The position numbers and the translations under genes were made by a program. The notes under the pieces are model-generated. The model did no database searches, was not told the origin of the DNA, and saw nothing but the letters and a program-made list of their open reading frames with translations. A stretch of DNA of 64,000 bases from Lingula anatina (taxonomy: Eukaryota; Animalia; Brachiopoda): contig CM120647.1 of assembly GCA_051362555.1 (NCBI GenBank), forward strand, positions 16,902,651-16,966,650, given 5' to 3'. Shown here in pieces: positions 11,943-27,074 of this stretch (its first letter is position 1; every line of letters begins with the position of its first letter).

Positions 11943-14604
11943 TACAATCAAATGAACTAGACAGGGACCATGCGATGTCAAATTATATTTACTTTTGAAA
12001 AAATACAGCTACATATGTAGTAAATGTAAAGAGCGGTAGGTTTGATTATACTACTCTTCCAAGAACACTGATCAGGATAATATATTTTTGAAGGGGTACC
12101 AAATAAAGGCAATAAAAGGAAGAGGAAAATGTGGTATAGGGGTCTGTTGGAAATCGCTGTTTCTGTTAAGGTTGTTTTTTTTGTTAGAAAAAAGCTATAA
12201 TTATTTAAAAATGGTGATCAGAAATAAATATATTTGTGGTAAGGTTATCGACATCTTTCACGTTACAAGGATAGATAACTGTTAATTTTTGGAGGGAATG
12301 ACTTGAACTTGGAAATAAATCAATAATGAAATGTCAATAGGCCGACCACGGCTTTTCACGCATGCACAATCTTTTCTATCTTGTGCTTATAAACCCTTTT
12401 CAAAAGATGTCATGAGTGGAATTTTCAGGATAAATAGGAAAACGTCGTTGCACGCATTTTCATCTCTTGATCCTCTAAAGTCAGGCGCTCATTGTGCGTC
12501 TTAAAAATCATTCTTTGCATTTACAAAGTGCGCCAACTTCAATATTACAACACATTATAGAGGTGCTGTATTGATTCTATAATGCGTCCTGTGCACGGCA
12601 TTATTTGTGTGTGTGCTTTGAGGAGGAAAACTTCCAAGCACTATAGCTAAAATCAATACTACGTTTGTTTGTTATGGGGCTTTTATTGACTGAGACCGTT
12701 TTTTCCAATTCGGTGACATGGAATTGCGCAGTTAGATTTACAACTAATGAGTCACAGCGAGACGACATTAGGGAGTGAAGAAATAAGATTCTTTATTGTC
12801 TGAGGGATCGTCATAACCTATTTTAAATCAAGAAGTTGCTTCTTGTTTAAATAGAGTTGATCCCCCACAAGTTCGCAGGGGCAATTATAAGAGCGTTTGC
12901 TTGTGACACTATGCATATGAGTAGGAACTTGAGGGGAGAAAAGTCCGGCTGACGAGAAACACCGAGCACATCAAGGAGGAATGGTGAGTTGGAATTTTGC
13001 CAGTTTACATGGCGCAGCAAAATATAGATCCTTGAAATATCATACAAAGGCTATTTTGTCCATATACATGTACCCCAAACACAATTTATCTTATTACAAA
13101 TATGACACATACATTACAGTAGATTGGTGAAAATCCCCAGTTTATATAACTCGATTTATCCACTGACAAAACTAGGTGGTGTTGATGGATAGTCATCGCA
13201 TATCCCCGCACTTCTCAACCTTGTAAAAAGGAATCACCATTGGGGCCCCCATTCCCTTAAGATCTGTAGCAATACCTGTGTCTTTTACGTATGATTTTTG
13301 AAAATATTAATTATAATTACAACATTAAAAATATTGATGAAACAAAAAATGCTTAATGTAAGAAGGAAGAATCATCCACCCCCAAAGACAGCCCAATCCC
13401 CACGGGAACATAAATTTGAAGGGTCCATCTACAATCAATCAATCCCAAAAGTTTTAAGTTCCTCACTGTTATGGTTTAGGAGTAGAAAGCTAAAATTATG
13501 TTGTAGAAAACTAAACTCTGACCATAGGTCTGTACATAACAAAGGTTTCAACTTCCTCACTCAAATGGTCTGGGAGGAGTTAGCAGAAATTACAATGTGT
13601 AATAATAAATATTTACAATCATTCACGTCTGAAGGACAGTCTAACCCTCAGTCAAACTAAACTTCCAACGGGAACATCTGTATCTTTAATGGTTGGTCTA
13701 TCAATCCCAAAATTTCAACTTCTTTGTACCTATTATAAATATCTACATAGCAGAACACTGTTCAGGATATATATATATATATTTTTTTTTGTAAAAAGAG
13801 GTAAGCGGGGAAAGGGTATGCATTTCGTGACGTAACAGATATCAGAGATAACAGATATCAGAGGAGCCTTTAATATAACCGCTGCATGATGGCAGATTTA
13901 TTTTTCAAGGTTCATGAGACTTTGAAGTGTGGTGGATTCGATTCTAAATCCTTTGAAGGAACGCTGCTCACAATAAAAAATGATTACCGGTTTGAATAAA
14001 GGTATCTATTACGTGTCTAGGTATATATATCACGGGTAAATTCATGTCTATCAGTGACAAGTACACTCTCAATTAGCCTATCGATGCTCCGATATTGTCT
14101 ACCGGTATTGTACGGAATGTTTTTCTGATTGTTTGTTTGTGTGACTTGATTACAGTAAAAAAAGGCAAGGGGATATTTCGTGTTCACAGAAAGTGCACTT
14201 TTAACCTGATAAATGAGTCAGATTTGATGATATTTGGTAGCCATGCGTTAGTTTTTAAAACTAAATTCAGTTTCTGTTTTATCAGTTATGAGGTATTCAT
14301 GCTAAGGGCAAATCAATAAGCGTCGCAGTAGATAAGTCATGGGCAAAATTATGCCCAAGGCTTAGTGAATAGACTAGTCAATGCTGCGAACACCGTTTCG
14401 TCAGTATTCCGTATTGACGCATAAGTGGTATTCCGATCACGTTCTCGAAACGCAATGTTTACTAGTTTCTTTGTGTTTAACGAAGTGGAAATGACGCAAT
14501 TGATATTCAATCTAATGCTAGGCCCTTGCACTTTTTTTTGTCGCGGGACAATTTTTTTGCTGTCACTAGAAGGCGGATTTCAGCGTAGCAAGGTCTTAGA
14601 GAGA

Positions 14605-17600
14605 CAAACATACCGTACTCGGATTAAGAATGTGTACATTTACCCCGTGGACCATTTGAAGATTACACTGCGATTAATGCGGTGGAAAATACAATAGAGA
14701 GAGTGTATAATGATAGGGTCGCTAAACGATTGTTGACGGCATATAGTAACTAGCCTAAACCCCTGGTCGCCTGGGTAGCCACGCCCCCTTAGAGTACTTA
14801 TGTAAACAAACGGTCTCCCGTAGCGAACTATCCTTTTGTTCAACAGCTTCGCGCGTGCAGCTGATTATGTATGTAGTGACACTATAGCTAACTGCATATA
14901 AATTTGTGCTAGCTGTTATTTGATTCATTCTGCTGTGTCGGATGTTGTGGATCAGCCCACTGGTTCGTTGACTTATGTTTTTCTGAAGATTGGTGGTGCA
15001 GATTTTGAGTGCTTAATTATTTACCCCCCTTCTAACAAGAGAAAGGGGAAGGGAGATAAAAAGAGAGAGTGTCAAATGAAACGGGTAATGAGTAATACAT
15101 TACATTAAATAAAGGGACTCGCGGTGGAAGAAACGATAGACTGTTTTGCATCAAGGTATGCCATTATAATCCGACATGGCCCATAACATGATCCATAACA
15201 TGACTTATTGTTGTATGCCTTATATTTGTGCCGACTTATATTTTACTCTCGTTCATTTCGTGAAACTATTTCCTTGAATAAAGTTTTGCCTGTATAAATT
15301 AACTTTGTGACATTAAGTAATTAATAAAACGCGCCTGTTGAAAAAGGGGCTTTTCGTAACTAATAAAGGTTCACTATTCAGAAAAATATCGTCGCCGTTC
15401 GTCGCCGCTACCTTCAGGAAAGCGTACCCTCCGCGTGGATCACCGGCATTTTTGATTATCTGACAAATTAGGGCAATTTACGTTTTAGCTAATAATTCTG
15501 AATTTACTAATATTTTGGACTAAATTCGATGTCAGATTCATAGCAATGACGGAGAGCCGACAGAGTAACTGTTTAATTTTCTAAACTAATCAAGCTAGAA
15601 CGCGTGGCGATAAAATGTGTCGCTAGATCTTGTAAACACTTAGCGAAATGCACCTACAGGTAGTGACTATATTCAATGTGCCGTCACTAAATTGCTTTCT
15701 CGATTTCATTAATTGACGATAGTAATTGCAGATAACAAGGAAGAGGAAATGCTGAAGACAAAACAACGTCGGGTCTTTGTGTAACTTTCTCCCTAAACAC
15801 TTTTTATGTTGCTGTCAAAGAAAAAGGAGTCTAGATAGCGATTATTTAAACCACTGCTGCTGCTTTTGCAGGTAGACTTCCTCGTTTATCATTTAAATGC
15901 TCCCCTCCCCCAGCAGACCCAACTTGATGCATGCACGTCTTGGTAGCTATAGTACAGATCTTGGTTCAAGTAATGAAAGGTTTAAGCACAAAACGATAAT
16001 TTGAGGCTATTTTTTCATTCAAGACAAAATAAAGTATCTATGGTGTGTGACAATAGGGACTTTACAAAGCTTAATTTGTCCTTAAATATATATTCCAGTA
16101 GCATAGGCGAGCAACGTAATTGTAACCTCAACTTGAGATATCCTCGATGAAAGCGGAGTACAAAAATTAACTTTTTTAAATATCGATTACAACATGCTGT
16201 ACAATGATATTGAGACGAAAGGGTTTAATGGACTTCTTTGCCTTAAAAGCAATTCATTTCAAAATTAAAAGAAACAGTTTTTTCGGGGAGCGCGGGTAGA
16301 CAGTTTACGTCAGGTGATTCGTTAAAGTCGAGGAGTGTTTCACTATCAAATGTGTAAATCATATATGTCATAAAACACTATAAGAAAGTTTTTTGTTACG
16401 ATCTGCAACATTTGTTCATTTGTATAGCAGGGCGAAGTTAAAGCCAGAGGTAAATAGAACCTAATACCGTAATCCTCCTCGTCCATTTATTTAAATCGTA
16501 TCAAAACGTTTGATACACAATGTTCATTAAATTCATAATTTTGGCGATTTATTAAAACCATATTGGTACATAAAAGTTTAAGATTAGCATAAGTTAAGCA
16601 ACCACCAGTATGAAGAACAACACCCTTTTTAAATGAGGCAAGACACCCTCTTCACACTGATTATAACCTTGAGAAAGACATTATGCAACTTAAGGCAAAG
16701 GAGTTATGCAAAGTTCTTTCAACTCGTGTGTGAATACAACACATTCACTTTTACAAGACAATGGAGGCGAGCAAGTAGAGTAATTACAATATACAATAAA
16801 AAGGACATTAGTATAGAAAGCTTACTTCGGGTCAGCCCTTTGCTTGTTCGAATGAAAGAGATAGATATCGCGCCGCGACTCCCTTTATTAAACCTTGGGT
16901 GTTTGTGTAAAAGTGTGAAAGACAGGCAACGGTCTTTAGTCGCTGTTGATATTGTTCGCGATTAATATTGAAGCATAACTCCTTCGCCTGCATGTAAACG
17001 TGTTACTTTTCCTCATGTTCTCTATATTTCTTTTAGGTGGTTGAGACAATTGGATGAGATCGATAAAAGTAAAGGTTAATCTAAACAATTAGATGCGATT
17101 TTTGTGAAATGACTTATTAAGTGATGTGCATGTACCTAGCATGTTTAAATTCTTGAATTTCTAATTTGTTAAATCTTTCATACACGGCCTCATATATGTA
17201 TTACTCTCAGGCCTTCGATATTATTGTGTTACACGGGACACCTGGGAACCTGAAGCACAGGTCTACGGAGTCTTGTTAGCCTTCATGCAGTTTTATGGCT
17301 GGGATGAACACTGTGAAATAGAAACAGGCTTTACTTAGCTTTACTTGATGCACGACAGTTTAAACAAAACCAGTCTGCAAGGTTTGCTTTGATTTGGCGT
17401 TAACCTTACACTGGTTTTAAAAGAACAAATATAAATATGTTCGATGGATTAAATGCCGGCTTCGTTATATTTTAACTAAATGCGTTCATTTGCACAGTTA
17501 CACAGATAATATTTTTAAGTTGTCTGTCGTTCAGCACGCATTATAGGCGAGTAGCTAAATAGTGACGGTGATCAATCCAAGCTCAATCTTGGCAAGTATC

Positions 17601-19005
17601 GTTTACAAAATAGATCATGTTGAATAAACTTAATTACGCTTTAATAAATAATCAACACACGGTTCGGTTATTGTCACTTGAAAGCTTTCGATCAAAGACG
17701 TTCAATGAAATCACAAATCATTTGACGATTAAAAAATGGACATGTTCAAGGGGCAGTTTTTGTTTCAGCTAAAGGGACTTCAGGTTCAGGTAGAGGGTTC
17801 AGTTACGTGTTTCATCGGATGATAGCATCACGCCCTAGGTCTAAGCGAGTTGAATAGAAGCTTTTTATCCAAACATCCTATTCCTAACTACTGAGTTAGG
17901 ACAAAGGTCTAGTAACATGCACTGTGCAATTACTATTAATGGATCAGATGCATACTTGATTGTTTTTCCTCTGGTGTCGCACGTATGCATCCTTTCTTGA
18001 GTGATCTAAAACAAGTCGCTAGTGTACCATGTTTCTCACTGTAGCAAAATATGTTCGACATGGTGTTTCTGAACGGCAGCCGGAGACACAGTAATTGTAT
18101 AGGCATGCTTTAAGCTTGTTCGAGAGATAATAACAGTCGTTTAACAATAGATAGCGAGCTATAGTAAGACCCCCTCCTCTTTAACTGATGATTTACACTT
18201 TTAATTGACCGTACTTTCGTATATTGTATGATCATACAGCCAGACTTCCCCCTGTTGCAAGTTGTAGTTGGATTGTCATTGCGCCTATGTCAATGCACCT
18301 CATTTAATTTCAATATTATAATATAAGCATAATATAAGAAATATGTTATTTCCTTATTCCTCTTTCATTATCATTCATGTTTTTTAAATACTTGAACGCT
18401 TGAATGCAGATATTTCAAATTAAAACGTAAGTACATAAATAAATTATACATTTATAAATTAATGCAATAGGAATTTTTTCGAGACAGATTGATGCTGACG
18501 CTCATGCATTTCAACCAAACAAACAATAATTAGTTCAATTTTTGACTGCGGAAATTTCATATAGGATGAAATAACTGATAACAAATTTAACTAACAGTTT
18601 GTTAGCAACACTAAAAACCAGCTGCGTGTGCCAAACTAGTGAACAAAAGGACAATTCGCTTCGCGTGGCACGCCTTAGTATGGGTTTAGCCTCTTCAAGC
18701 TATAATCCTATCGCCGCAACAAACAATAGGGACCTTCTGGCTGATGTATCCTGCTGTTAATTACACCTAGTTACAGCGGATTGTCGCACTCGCACTGCAC
18801 CACAGAAACCGGCGTCATGGGGTTCACTCGTATTAAGTATTGTGTTATTCCACCTAAGCTATTGTGTTTGTGCGTTCGAATTTTGAAGGGATTTATACGG
18901 CCCTCCATTGTTTGTCCGCCCCCTTCTATTCAAAAGATAGGGATTAAAACATTTCCGACGTTGTTACACCGGTGTACAACGGAAACAAAATTATTCCGAC
19001 CACTG
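14605..19005 (+). repeat. Segmental duplication, copy 1 (paralog at ~30130-35690)
   Basis: Long collinear similarity. For example, spurious ORFs 14640-14843 and 30163-30366 are almost identical. The copies differ by copy-specific indels. Confidence 0.9.
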
Positions 19006-20591
19006 TAGAGGGAGGAAGGCATACATTGTAAATTATCTGAGTTTTCATCACAACAATGGGTGATGTCTGGTAAGTCCGTGCGGCCATTTGTAAATCAATT
19101 TTACCTTCAACTGAATAAGCAAGGACCCTTGCAGCATGGTGACAATGTTGCTGAGACTTTGAGATGTGATGGATTTGGAAATGATCAAGGAACACTGTTC
19201 ACAATGAAAGATGTATTACATGGATAAATGGGTAAAATTGGCATGAGGTGACTGACAAATAGTATTGTCTGTTTGAATATCGGCATTTATGTGTGCCTTC
19301 CGTATGCGGTATGACATTTTACATATACACTGTTGGTAAAAATGGCTGCCACACCCTTAAGAATTTTGGGATTTTATCATAATAATATTATCAAATAAGT
19401 CCTATAATAATATTTACTGTGGAAGGCCACGATATGACCTCAAGTTTTGAAAGCTATACATTCAATATTGTGTAGAAAGTGAAAGGTTTAAACATATTAT
19501 CATTTTCATTAGACTACATAGATGAATTTCAACTAGAAGGTTAAGTCCAATTTCTGTTAAGGAGTTGTAATGTTAAACTGGACTATCCTTGCTCTCTGAA
19601 TATGATTATATTAATTTGGGAAAATGCAGGCAACAAATACCAAATATGCCTTTCTTTAATCTAAAGAATGTACGCTTTTTTCTTGTATTTTGCGTCGTTT
19701 TTGCCTCTGCTGAGATTACATTATATTGTATTATAAAGCGGCGATTCGGGATAAACAGTATTGCATTACATGCTACAGCAGCTCAATGAATAACAGAAAA
19801 CATTGGAAGAAAGCCCTCTTCTAAAAAGACCTTTAAAAAGACAGAGGGCTCTCAAAAGTTAAGCATAAAGCATACTTATTTCTTAGTGCTTTACGAAGGG
19901 ATATGAAACTTTAGCTTATTTAATCAACTGTATGCCGTGGGAGGTTTGTGGGGTTTCGCTACACAATTTTTTCAAGTGTTGTGAAAAGAAATGTCGTAGC
20001 TAGGCTTACAATTGGCTTAAGTCCCACAAAAGCAAGAACGAAAACAGCTTAAATCCATGGTTTCGTTAGGCAAACTTTAGTTTTAAGGTGACTAATAGTA
20101 AAAGGACCAAAAGCATAGAAACAAAGCCATGGGCTTATAAGTTTTTATAAAAAATTTAAAAAAAACTTCCCAAAAGGCCAATTAAAGACGGAGATTAAGT
20201 ACAGTGTCCAACGGATGACGCTATAGCGCCAATTTTAGGGGAAAAATGCCGTTTTCGGAATTGGGATTTTCTCTATAACCAATACAGCTATTCAAGTGAT
20301 TCAAAAAGCCTCATAAAGCTGGGTGAAAACACTTCAGTGCGGTACCAGGGAATTGTCTTAAACTATTCACTTTTGATTTTATCATCTTTTACGTTAAATG
20401 AGCCCATATTTCGATGGGTTATTCACTTCAAAAGACGATAACTTTCAAATAAACAATTTCCTCTTAAACCCCTGACATCATGCTGTACATGTAGTCCACA
20501 TTCCCAACAACAATAGGTGCAACTTTTGTAACGATCGGTTGCTCAGATAGTGAGATATACTTGGCAGCGATTCACTTATCTCGTCAATATA

Positions 20592-22251
20592 CAGACTTGA
20601 CATTTAATATGGAATATTTCAGTTTCGAAGGTGTGCCTAGGTAGAAATGCGTTCTTTTTTCAAAATACTAATATCTCATATAAGATATGTGAATGGAGAA
20701 GTGTGTAGTCAGGTGTGTCGCTTCCAATTAACTGAATACCAGGTTTGTTACGTTGCTGCATTATGTAATATGAAGTAATTTAATTGGGTAGTGCTCCTTT
20801 GGGCAGGTCAAAGCTTGGCTTTGGCAAAGCACGGTTCTGTCAAAAAAGTATCCATACGTCGGCAACTACTGCATTGAAGAATTTGAAATTTTGCATGCAA
20901 GTGGTCGGTTTTGCAGTGTGTAAAATGAGCTATGCAGTGCTTTGCAAGTTTGTTAATCTGTGGCAAAATGGCGCGAAAAAGTCAGACATTGCCAGACAGT
21001 TAATTGCGCCAAACGAAACGGTCCGCACAGTTTTATAGAGTAATGCCCTGACTGATGTACCTACATAGAGGCCACACCCAATGTATTAAAATCTTACCAC
21101 CAGAGTACAGGACCCACTGTCTTTCAGGATATGCCGTTGCAACTAAACAAAAACCACCCAGTCCGTTCAGAATAAGGGTTAAATTGCCACCAAAACGCAT
21201 TTTTCAAAGCCCTTAGCGAACACCAAACTGGTTTTTGCAGGTTAGAATACCAGACGACCTCCGACGAACCCACTGTAAACAGCAAAACATCGTTGTATGT
21301 TTCTCTAATGAATTAGGGACCATGACCGTTTCTGGGTTGAACACTGAAACCTCGTGGCTTTCTTTATTGAGGTCAGATTTCACCTGTACCGCTCAACTAG
21401 TCAAAACAGAGTTTACAGACATCCAGAAGAGGCCAACGACGAAGTGTGTGCAGCCTCTAAAGTGACTTAGGTCATTAACAGCGTCAGTATTTGAAGTGGA
21501 TACCACATTGGTGCCAAAACACCAATGGCAGTCATCGACGAAAACCTGAACCAGATTAAATAAAGGAATAATCTGGGAACCACTTGACTATCATTTGATA
21601 GGGGGCACCTTAAGAACAATTTTAGGTTGTAGGATGGGATTGTAGGTTCACACAGAGCACTTTTAATAACAGATAACTTAGAGAACCAAGGGAATGAACA
21701 GCTACCTTGGTCATCAAAACCGCCATATTTGAACCACGTAGACAATAATTGGGTAGGCCATTACTCGCCAAATGAATGGCCTACATGTCCTACAACAAAA
21801 CTGGGCCAAATTGGACAGATTTCGACCGATGCCTGGAATGTTATTCCAGATTGAACTCTAAAAACATATCCCAAGGAATGCCTTGCCGCTTGAGAGCGCT
21901 GGTAGCAGCCAGAAGAGGTCAGGCGTAACAGCGACTGTTACTGTGACTAGACACTGACATGAGGGTCCTTTGTGGAGCGTGTAACTCTTTTACAGACAAT
22001 AATTTGGAAAATATGGAGATCTAAAATATCTCATTTAATGGTTGCCGTATGAAGTAGAAAAGGCAATGTGTTTTTGTTTGCTTCTCTGGCGAATTCCATT
22101 AATGAACTGATGTCACAATGACATCAAAGAGATAATTAAAAGTTATTAGAACACGATTTTAATCCTTATTTTCATTTATCAGTCAGTAAAATAGGAAAAA
22201 ACTGATGAAAAATGATTTGGAAAAAATATTCCATATTAAATGTCAAGTCTG
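20592..22251 (+). mobile_element. Degenerate Tc1/mariner DNA transposon, copy 2
   Basis: Same TIRs and TA flanks, and collinear with 10281-11942 over its whole length. Confidence 0.88.
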
Positions 22252-23259
22252 TAGAAAGCTGTAAAAACAGCCAAAAACGTTCACAGGTTGGTTAACAGAG
22301 CTTATTAGTCAAATGCTTATCTGGGAAATTTACCTGTTATCGGTCATACGATCAGATGGAACCATTGCTCATTGTCATCTAAAAATATTTTGTTTGGGTG
22401 CTTTGAAAGGGCAGAACATCGTGCTTTTGTTACATTTTCTGACCATTCGTTAGGCTTGTAAGCGTGCCGCCATTTTGATTGACAGCTCTGGAGAGGGCCC
22501 TAGCCTAGTGATGCCCAGTAGGGTGTCAAGGATATGTAGAAGGAAGCGCTAACAAAGGCGATTACGTTTAGCCGCAATTAAGAGATGTGAAGTTGCATTT
22601 GAACGTTTCAATGGGTATCCCTCGGCAGTCGATTAATTTTACCTGAGAGATTCCTTTTCTGTTATCGGCAAAGTGATCAGATAAAACTGGGTGACAGTAG
22701 TAGTTCTTAACTGATTATCCTGGTAACTGTGAACTCGGGGGTGGGGGGGTATTATTTTTTTCAAGAAGTCTTTTTGTGATTTTTATTTTGGGTAAATTTT
22801 GAACTCTTTCTTCCCGCTTTATCTGTGATTTTGAGTTTTTCTCCAAACATCGCAAAATGCAAGTTAACATGCGTTTTTATTTTCATTGTTATTTTTTTTA
22901 ATCATGCTGTCAACCCTTTCTTGGATTTCTCTCGTTTGGCCATTCACATCATTTTTTTGCGTGTCTCTAAAGCTCCTTGATTTAATTTATTGGAGAATAA
23001 ATATTTTGTCAACATTAGTTTTTACCTTCTACAAACGGCGTCCAACAATCATTTCCAGTTTCGTAACGTGTCGCAGATACGCTCGCCGATATATATCGCC
23101 AAAATTAAGAGCTAGGCTAAAAGAATCGTTTCTAGCTTTTTTTTTAGTAATAAACATTTCGTACAAATACCTTTCTCAATTGATTAAGACGATTCGAATT
23201 ACTCTTTCACCCATTTATTAGGTATACATAAAGAAAAAAGAAAGACAAATAATATTAAA

Positions 23260-23920
23260 CATTTCATGATGCTTTTATTTGAGCTGTACATGCGCCAATG
23301 GCTGTAACTGTCTTTCGACCAACACAACGTCGCTGCCACACACACGACAAACACACGACTTGTGTTTCTAACAACTGTCCACTGTGCCAAAGCCTGTACC
23401 CAGTAACTACTGTTTCTTCCTCACGATCACTGTCAGAAGACTTCGAGGGCTGTTCAAAGTCCTTCAAAATCTTACTAGCGCTAATTCCAGGTAGATTCTC
23501 TCTCTCGTCATCCGACTGAACAAATACCGGTTTTCCTCCAACGGCCCACATACTCTCAAAATTTTCTTTCTTTCCTTTGGAAATGGACTTTTAACACGAA
23601 CTTTTCTCTTCCCCATAGCGTACTCGACTTCTTCACTGCTTAGCTGATGTAAGACTTATGACCTACATGTATCACCGCACACGTAATCGGCTTATAACTC
23701 ATTAACTATGCTCCGCCCCCCTCATGGCAACGGCCCTTAGCAACAGAGTTGTCAGCCTGACTGGGCGCGTGCCGGTTGAAAAACTCATCAAAAAACACAT
23801 TTTGCTGTGCAAATTCAAAAAAAAAATATTACATCCTCCGTTAGATACTTTTTTGATTAATAGAAACACACAAAAAACTCAAAAACATGATTTTAATAGT
23901 TAACCCTATTACCCACCTTA
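23260..23920 (-). mobile_element. DNA-transposon relic, possibly Kolobok-like
   Basis: Minus-strand terminus TTAAGGTGGG at ~23920, a basic N-terminus (MGKRKVRVK) and a degenerate GYRL...VCLSC segment. No clear second terminus was found. Confidence 0.35.
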
Positions 23921-24191
23921 AAGTTAAAGAAAATCGAATGCACCTTGATCACGTGATGTAAACTGATTTTGTACCCTTTCTAATCTCTACAAGTGTTGAA
24001 ATTGCACTGTATTGTATTCTGAAGACCTGTGATCCAAACATTATCCATGAACAATAAATTATTGGGATAAATTATAATATTTTTTCAAAAGGTACAACTC
24101 TAAGAATGCATGATACTCCTTCCTTTCTGTTTGAGGTTGAGTGGGGGGGGGGAGGTAAGACACCAACTTATTCATTCAACTGCTTTGTTAT

Positions 24192-24356
24192 GGGACTTTC
24201 GGATCACGTGACTATTTTTCGCTTTCCCTTATTTCAGTGCCGCGAAGTCGAATTGCGCAGTAGGGTCGACAACTTCCTCGGGTCCCAGAGAGTCAAGTAT
24301 GAAAAAATCGTAGATTCCAAGCCATCAAAGATTTCATGATAAAGGGTGAATAACTG
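24192..24356 (+). promoter_or_regulatory. Candidate promoter and non-coding first exon of the CARD-NB-ARC gene
   Basis: GGGACTTTCG (kappaB-like) at 24192, CACGTG at 24205, ATTGCGCAG (C/EBP-like) at ~24252 and a consensus donor CTG|GTAAGT at 24357. The CARD exon has an acceptor TTGCAG just before its ATG. Confidence 0.35.
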
Positions 24357-25398
24357 GTAAGTACATCGAGGACAATTATACATTTATATTATAATCGATA
24401 GAATTGGACACGATGTTTTTGACATAGTGGGGTGGCGAGTTTCGAGTTTGTTTGTAAGATTTGTCCGATAAAAAAACATAAACTTGACAGTGTTCTTTCG
24501 TTAGAAAGTCGAAAAAAAATGGCGTTTTGCATGCATAATATTGGTGTAATTGCCTTCTTGATATATGTTTTCACGTATTTGATTAATATCCGTATATTTA
24601 GGCAAACATAACAAATGACATTATTAAGTTAGAGTGTTACTTTAGAAGAATTCAGTAATCAGTGGTCAAAAAGGATAGAAATCTATTTTCGAGCTGTGGC
24701 CACTCCAGTTTGATTCTTTCAGAAATTTACTATATGGAGTTGTTTCACAAAGTTGTGGGGAAACAGAATGGAGTTGATTTTATTATTGATGATTGCGTCT
24801 TTTCGAAGGGGGGAGGGTACATCAAAAGTCCAGGGGGTTGCTAAATCCCGGCTGTGTGTTATGGTTTACAGGTGGGAATGTATCACAATAGTACAAGAAC
24901 AGCACGCTATTATTTGTGGTGCCGAAACCCTACAAAAATGGATTTTTTTCTTTTTCCTATGACAAAAAGTATTATTATAAAATAAAAAAATATGTTAACG
25001 ATCGGGCCATAAAATCGTGGAATAAGTCATTAAACCAGCGATAGCAATCACAAATCCGCGGCCCCAAATGACAAAGGCCAAATATTGTTTTACGAAGACC
25101 GATTTTGTGTCACCCTCCGCCTGATGAGGGATATTGCACACATAAGCTTTTTTACTTTCCCCTTCTTCATCCTCTTTTTCCTCTCAAAGTCTCCATTAAT
25201 GATACATATAGTAGTATTTCCTCCGTCTTTCTTCTTGGTATGATATCTTTATGGATTGATGTCGAGAAGGAAAGGGTGGGGGAAGCATGATGCATATATG
25301 TGTAGTGCCTTTAAAAATTAAGGGGAGGATTGGGAGAATAACCCTCAGCCAAAATTCGGGAAACATGCTTTTTTATTTTATTGCAGTAAACCGGAGTC

Positions 25399-25711
25399 AT
25401 GGACGGTCCTATAACCATAGAGAACCAAATAAAGCTCAACAAAAACTGGGAAGCCATTTGCGATGACCTTAAAGTAACTTACATTATTCCTGCACTCATC
25501 ACAAGTGGTGTCATCACCCCTGATGAACGCGACGACCTGCTAAAGGAGAAAACGTGCTTGAAACAATCTAGAAAGCTGCTGTCACTTTTGTTAGCCAAAG
25601 ACAACAAACATTTTGAAAGGTTCAGAGAATGTTTGCTTGAAGACTACAACTGGCTGGCAAAGGGCCTGGAAGATTATAAGGTCACAGTGGAAGACCAAGA
25701 GGCTTACATAG
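25399..25711 (+). CDS. CARD (death-fold) exon, APAF-1-like; coding exon 1 of the CARD-NB-ARC-TPR-protease gene
   Basis: The helical pattern LNKNWEAICDDLKVTYIIPALITSGVITPDERDDLLKEKT..QSRKLLSLLLAKDNKHFERFRECLLEDYNWLAKGL resembles the APAF-1 CARD. Acceptor at 25386, phase-1 donor G|GTAATA at 25712. Confidence 0.85.
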
Positions 25712-27074
25712 GTAATATTAAAATCTTGGCGAAAATAATTATTAGCATACGTGTATTACACGGAGAAAAGTACTAAATGTATCAAAGTACCGGAGTCATA
25801 ATAAGAAATTTAAGGAAAGTAACCCTGGCGAAAAAGCCAAATATGTCTGAGACCAGTTTTAAACGGGCGCCCAATAATATTAGCTCTTCGTTTAGTAGAC
25901 AGCTCAGATGGTTATTGATCACTTACATTGCCTTAATTATCTTAATTGACATTTACTTTTTGTATGTACTTTCCTTCGACAGTTCAAACTATTTTCTAGT
26001 AAAACCTCATAAAGTAAAATATAGTTGATGTCATTTGATCTAATTTCCTAACAAATTCCATAACCTGCGCCAAGTAGGTTAATTATTTGGTTCCGTTACT
26101 GTTGTAGTTTGCCCGTCTGTAAGCAAAACCATGCGAAAAGTTATGAGCAGAATTTGATGAAATTATGGACATATGTCAGAGGATTAACTTAAGGTGATAA
26201 GATTTCGGTGTTGATCCATTAATTGATTAGTGATAAAAATGAAAAAGTTAGTGAAATCGTCCATGTCGTTATTTGAGACATAAACAAGAAACAAAAAACA
26301 AAAACAAAAACAAAAAATATACAAATCAATCAACACTCCATTTATATAACTACTGGTATATCGATCTTTTATTCCATAGATGACCATACGGGGACGACAT
26401 CACATATTGCAAGTACATATTAGTCCAAAATGTGATCTCGCTCATACATGATCATAACATTTGCAAAAACATATTAGTCCAAAATGTGATCTCGCTCATA
26501 CATGATCATAAAATTTGTCAGCTTAAATGCACATGTCTCACCACTGATATTATCTTTTTCGAGAAAAATAGCAAGCAGCAGTGTTTTTAAGAGCTATATG
26601 AAAAGAAAGAAGGTTATTTTCAACCAAATCAAAATGTCTTTTCTCGTTTGCAAAGAACCACATGCAGATAACATGCGTTTAAATGTTAGTTTGGCAGTCA
26701 ACGAGGCGTTTTCTATCCATGTTTAACTATGACGTGAAAGCGCGAGTGAGATTGCTCGAAATTAGAGTATATAAATTAGAGTGCTTCCACTCCATCTAGC
26801 GGTAGGCCTTGTAGCTGGTTTACCCCGTTGTTATACATGTACTTATTTAAGGAGGCCCTCTCATATTTCAGAAACCTCATTTCTGCCTTAACATCTTTTT
26901 ATAAAAAATGTAAGACAAAATCTACTCACCGTATGAGTAAAAGATGGGGGTAATCCAGCTTGTTTTCGAGAGGTAACGTCCCGACAACGTCATGTTCATA
27001 ACATTGCGTTATAAGGGGATTTTTGCATATATATATACTTTGTTTTTTGAGACAGGGCTGCTTGAACACGAAAC

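Noticed and set aside
25712-26028. C-terminal tail of ORF 25399-25776 and ORF 25777-26028
   Set aside because: They follow a good donor at 25712, are low in complexity and show no domain pattern, so they are read as intron.
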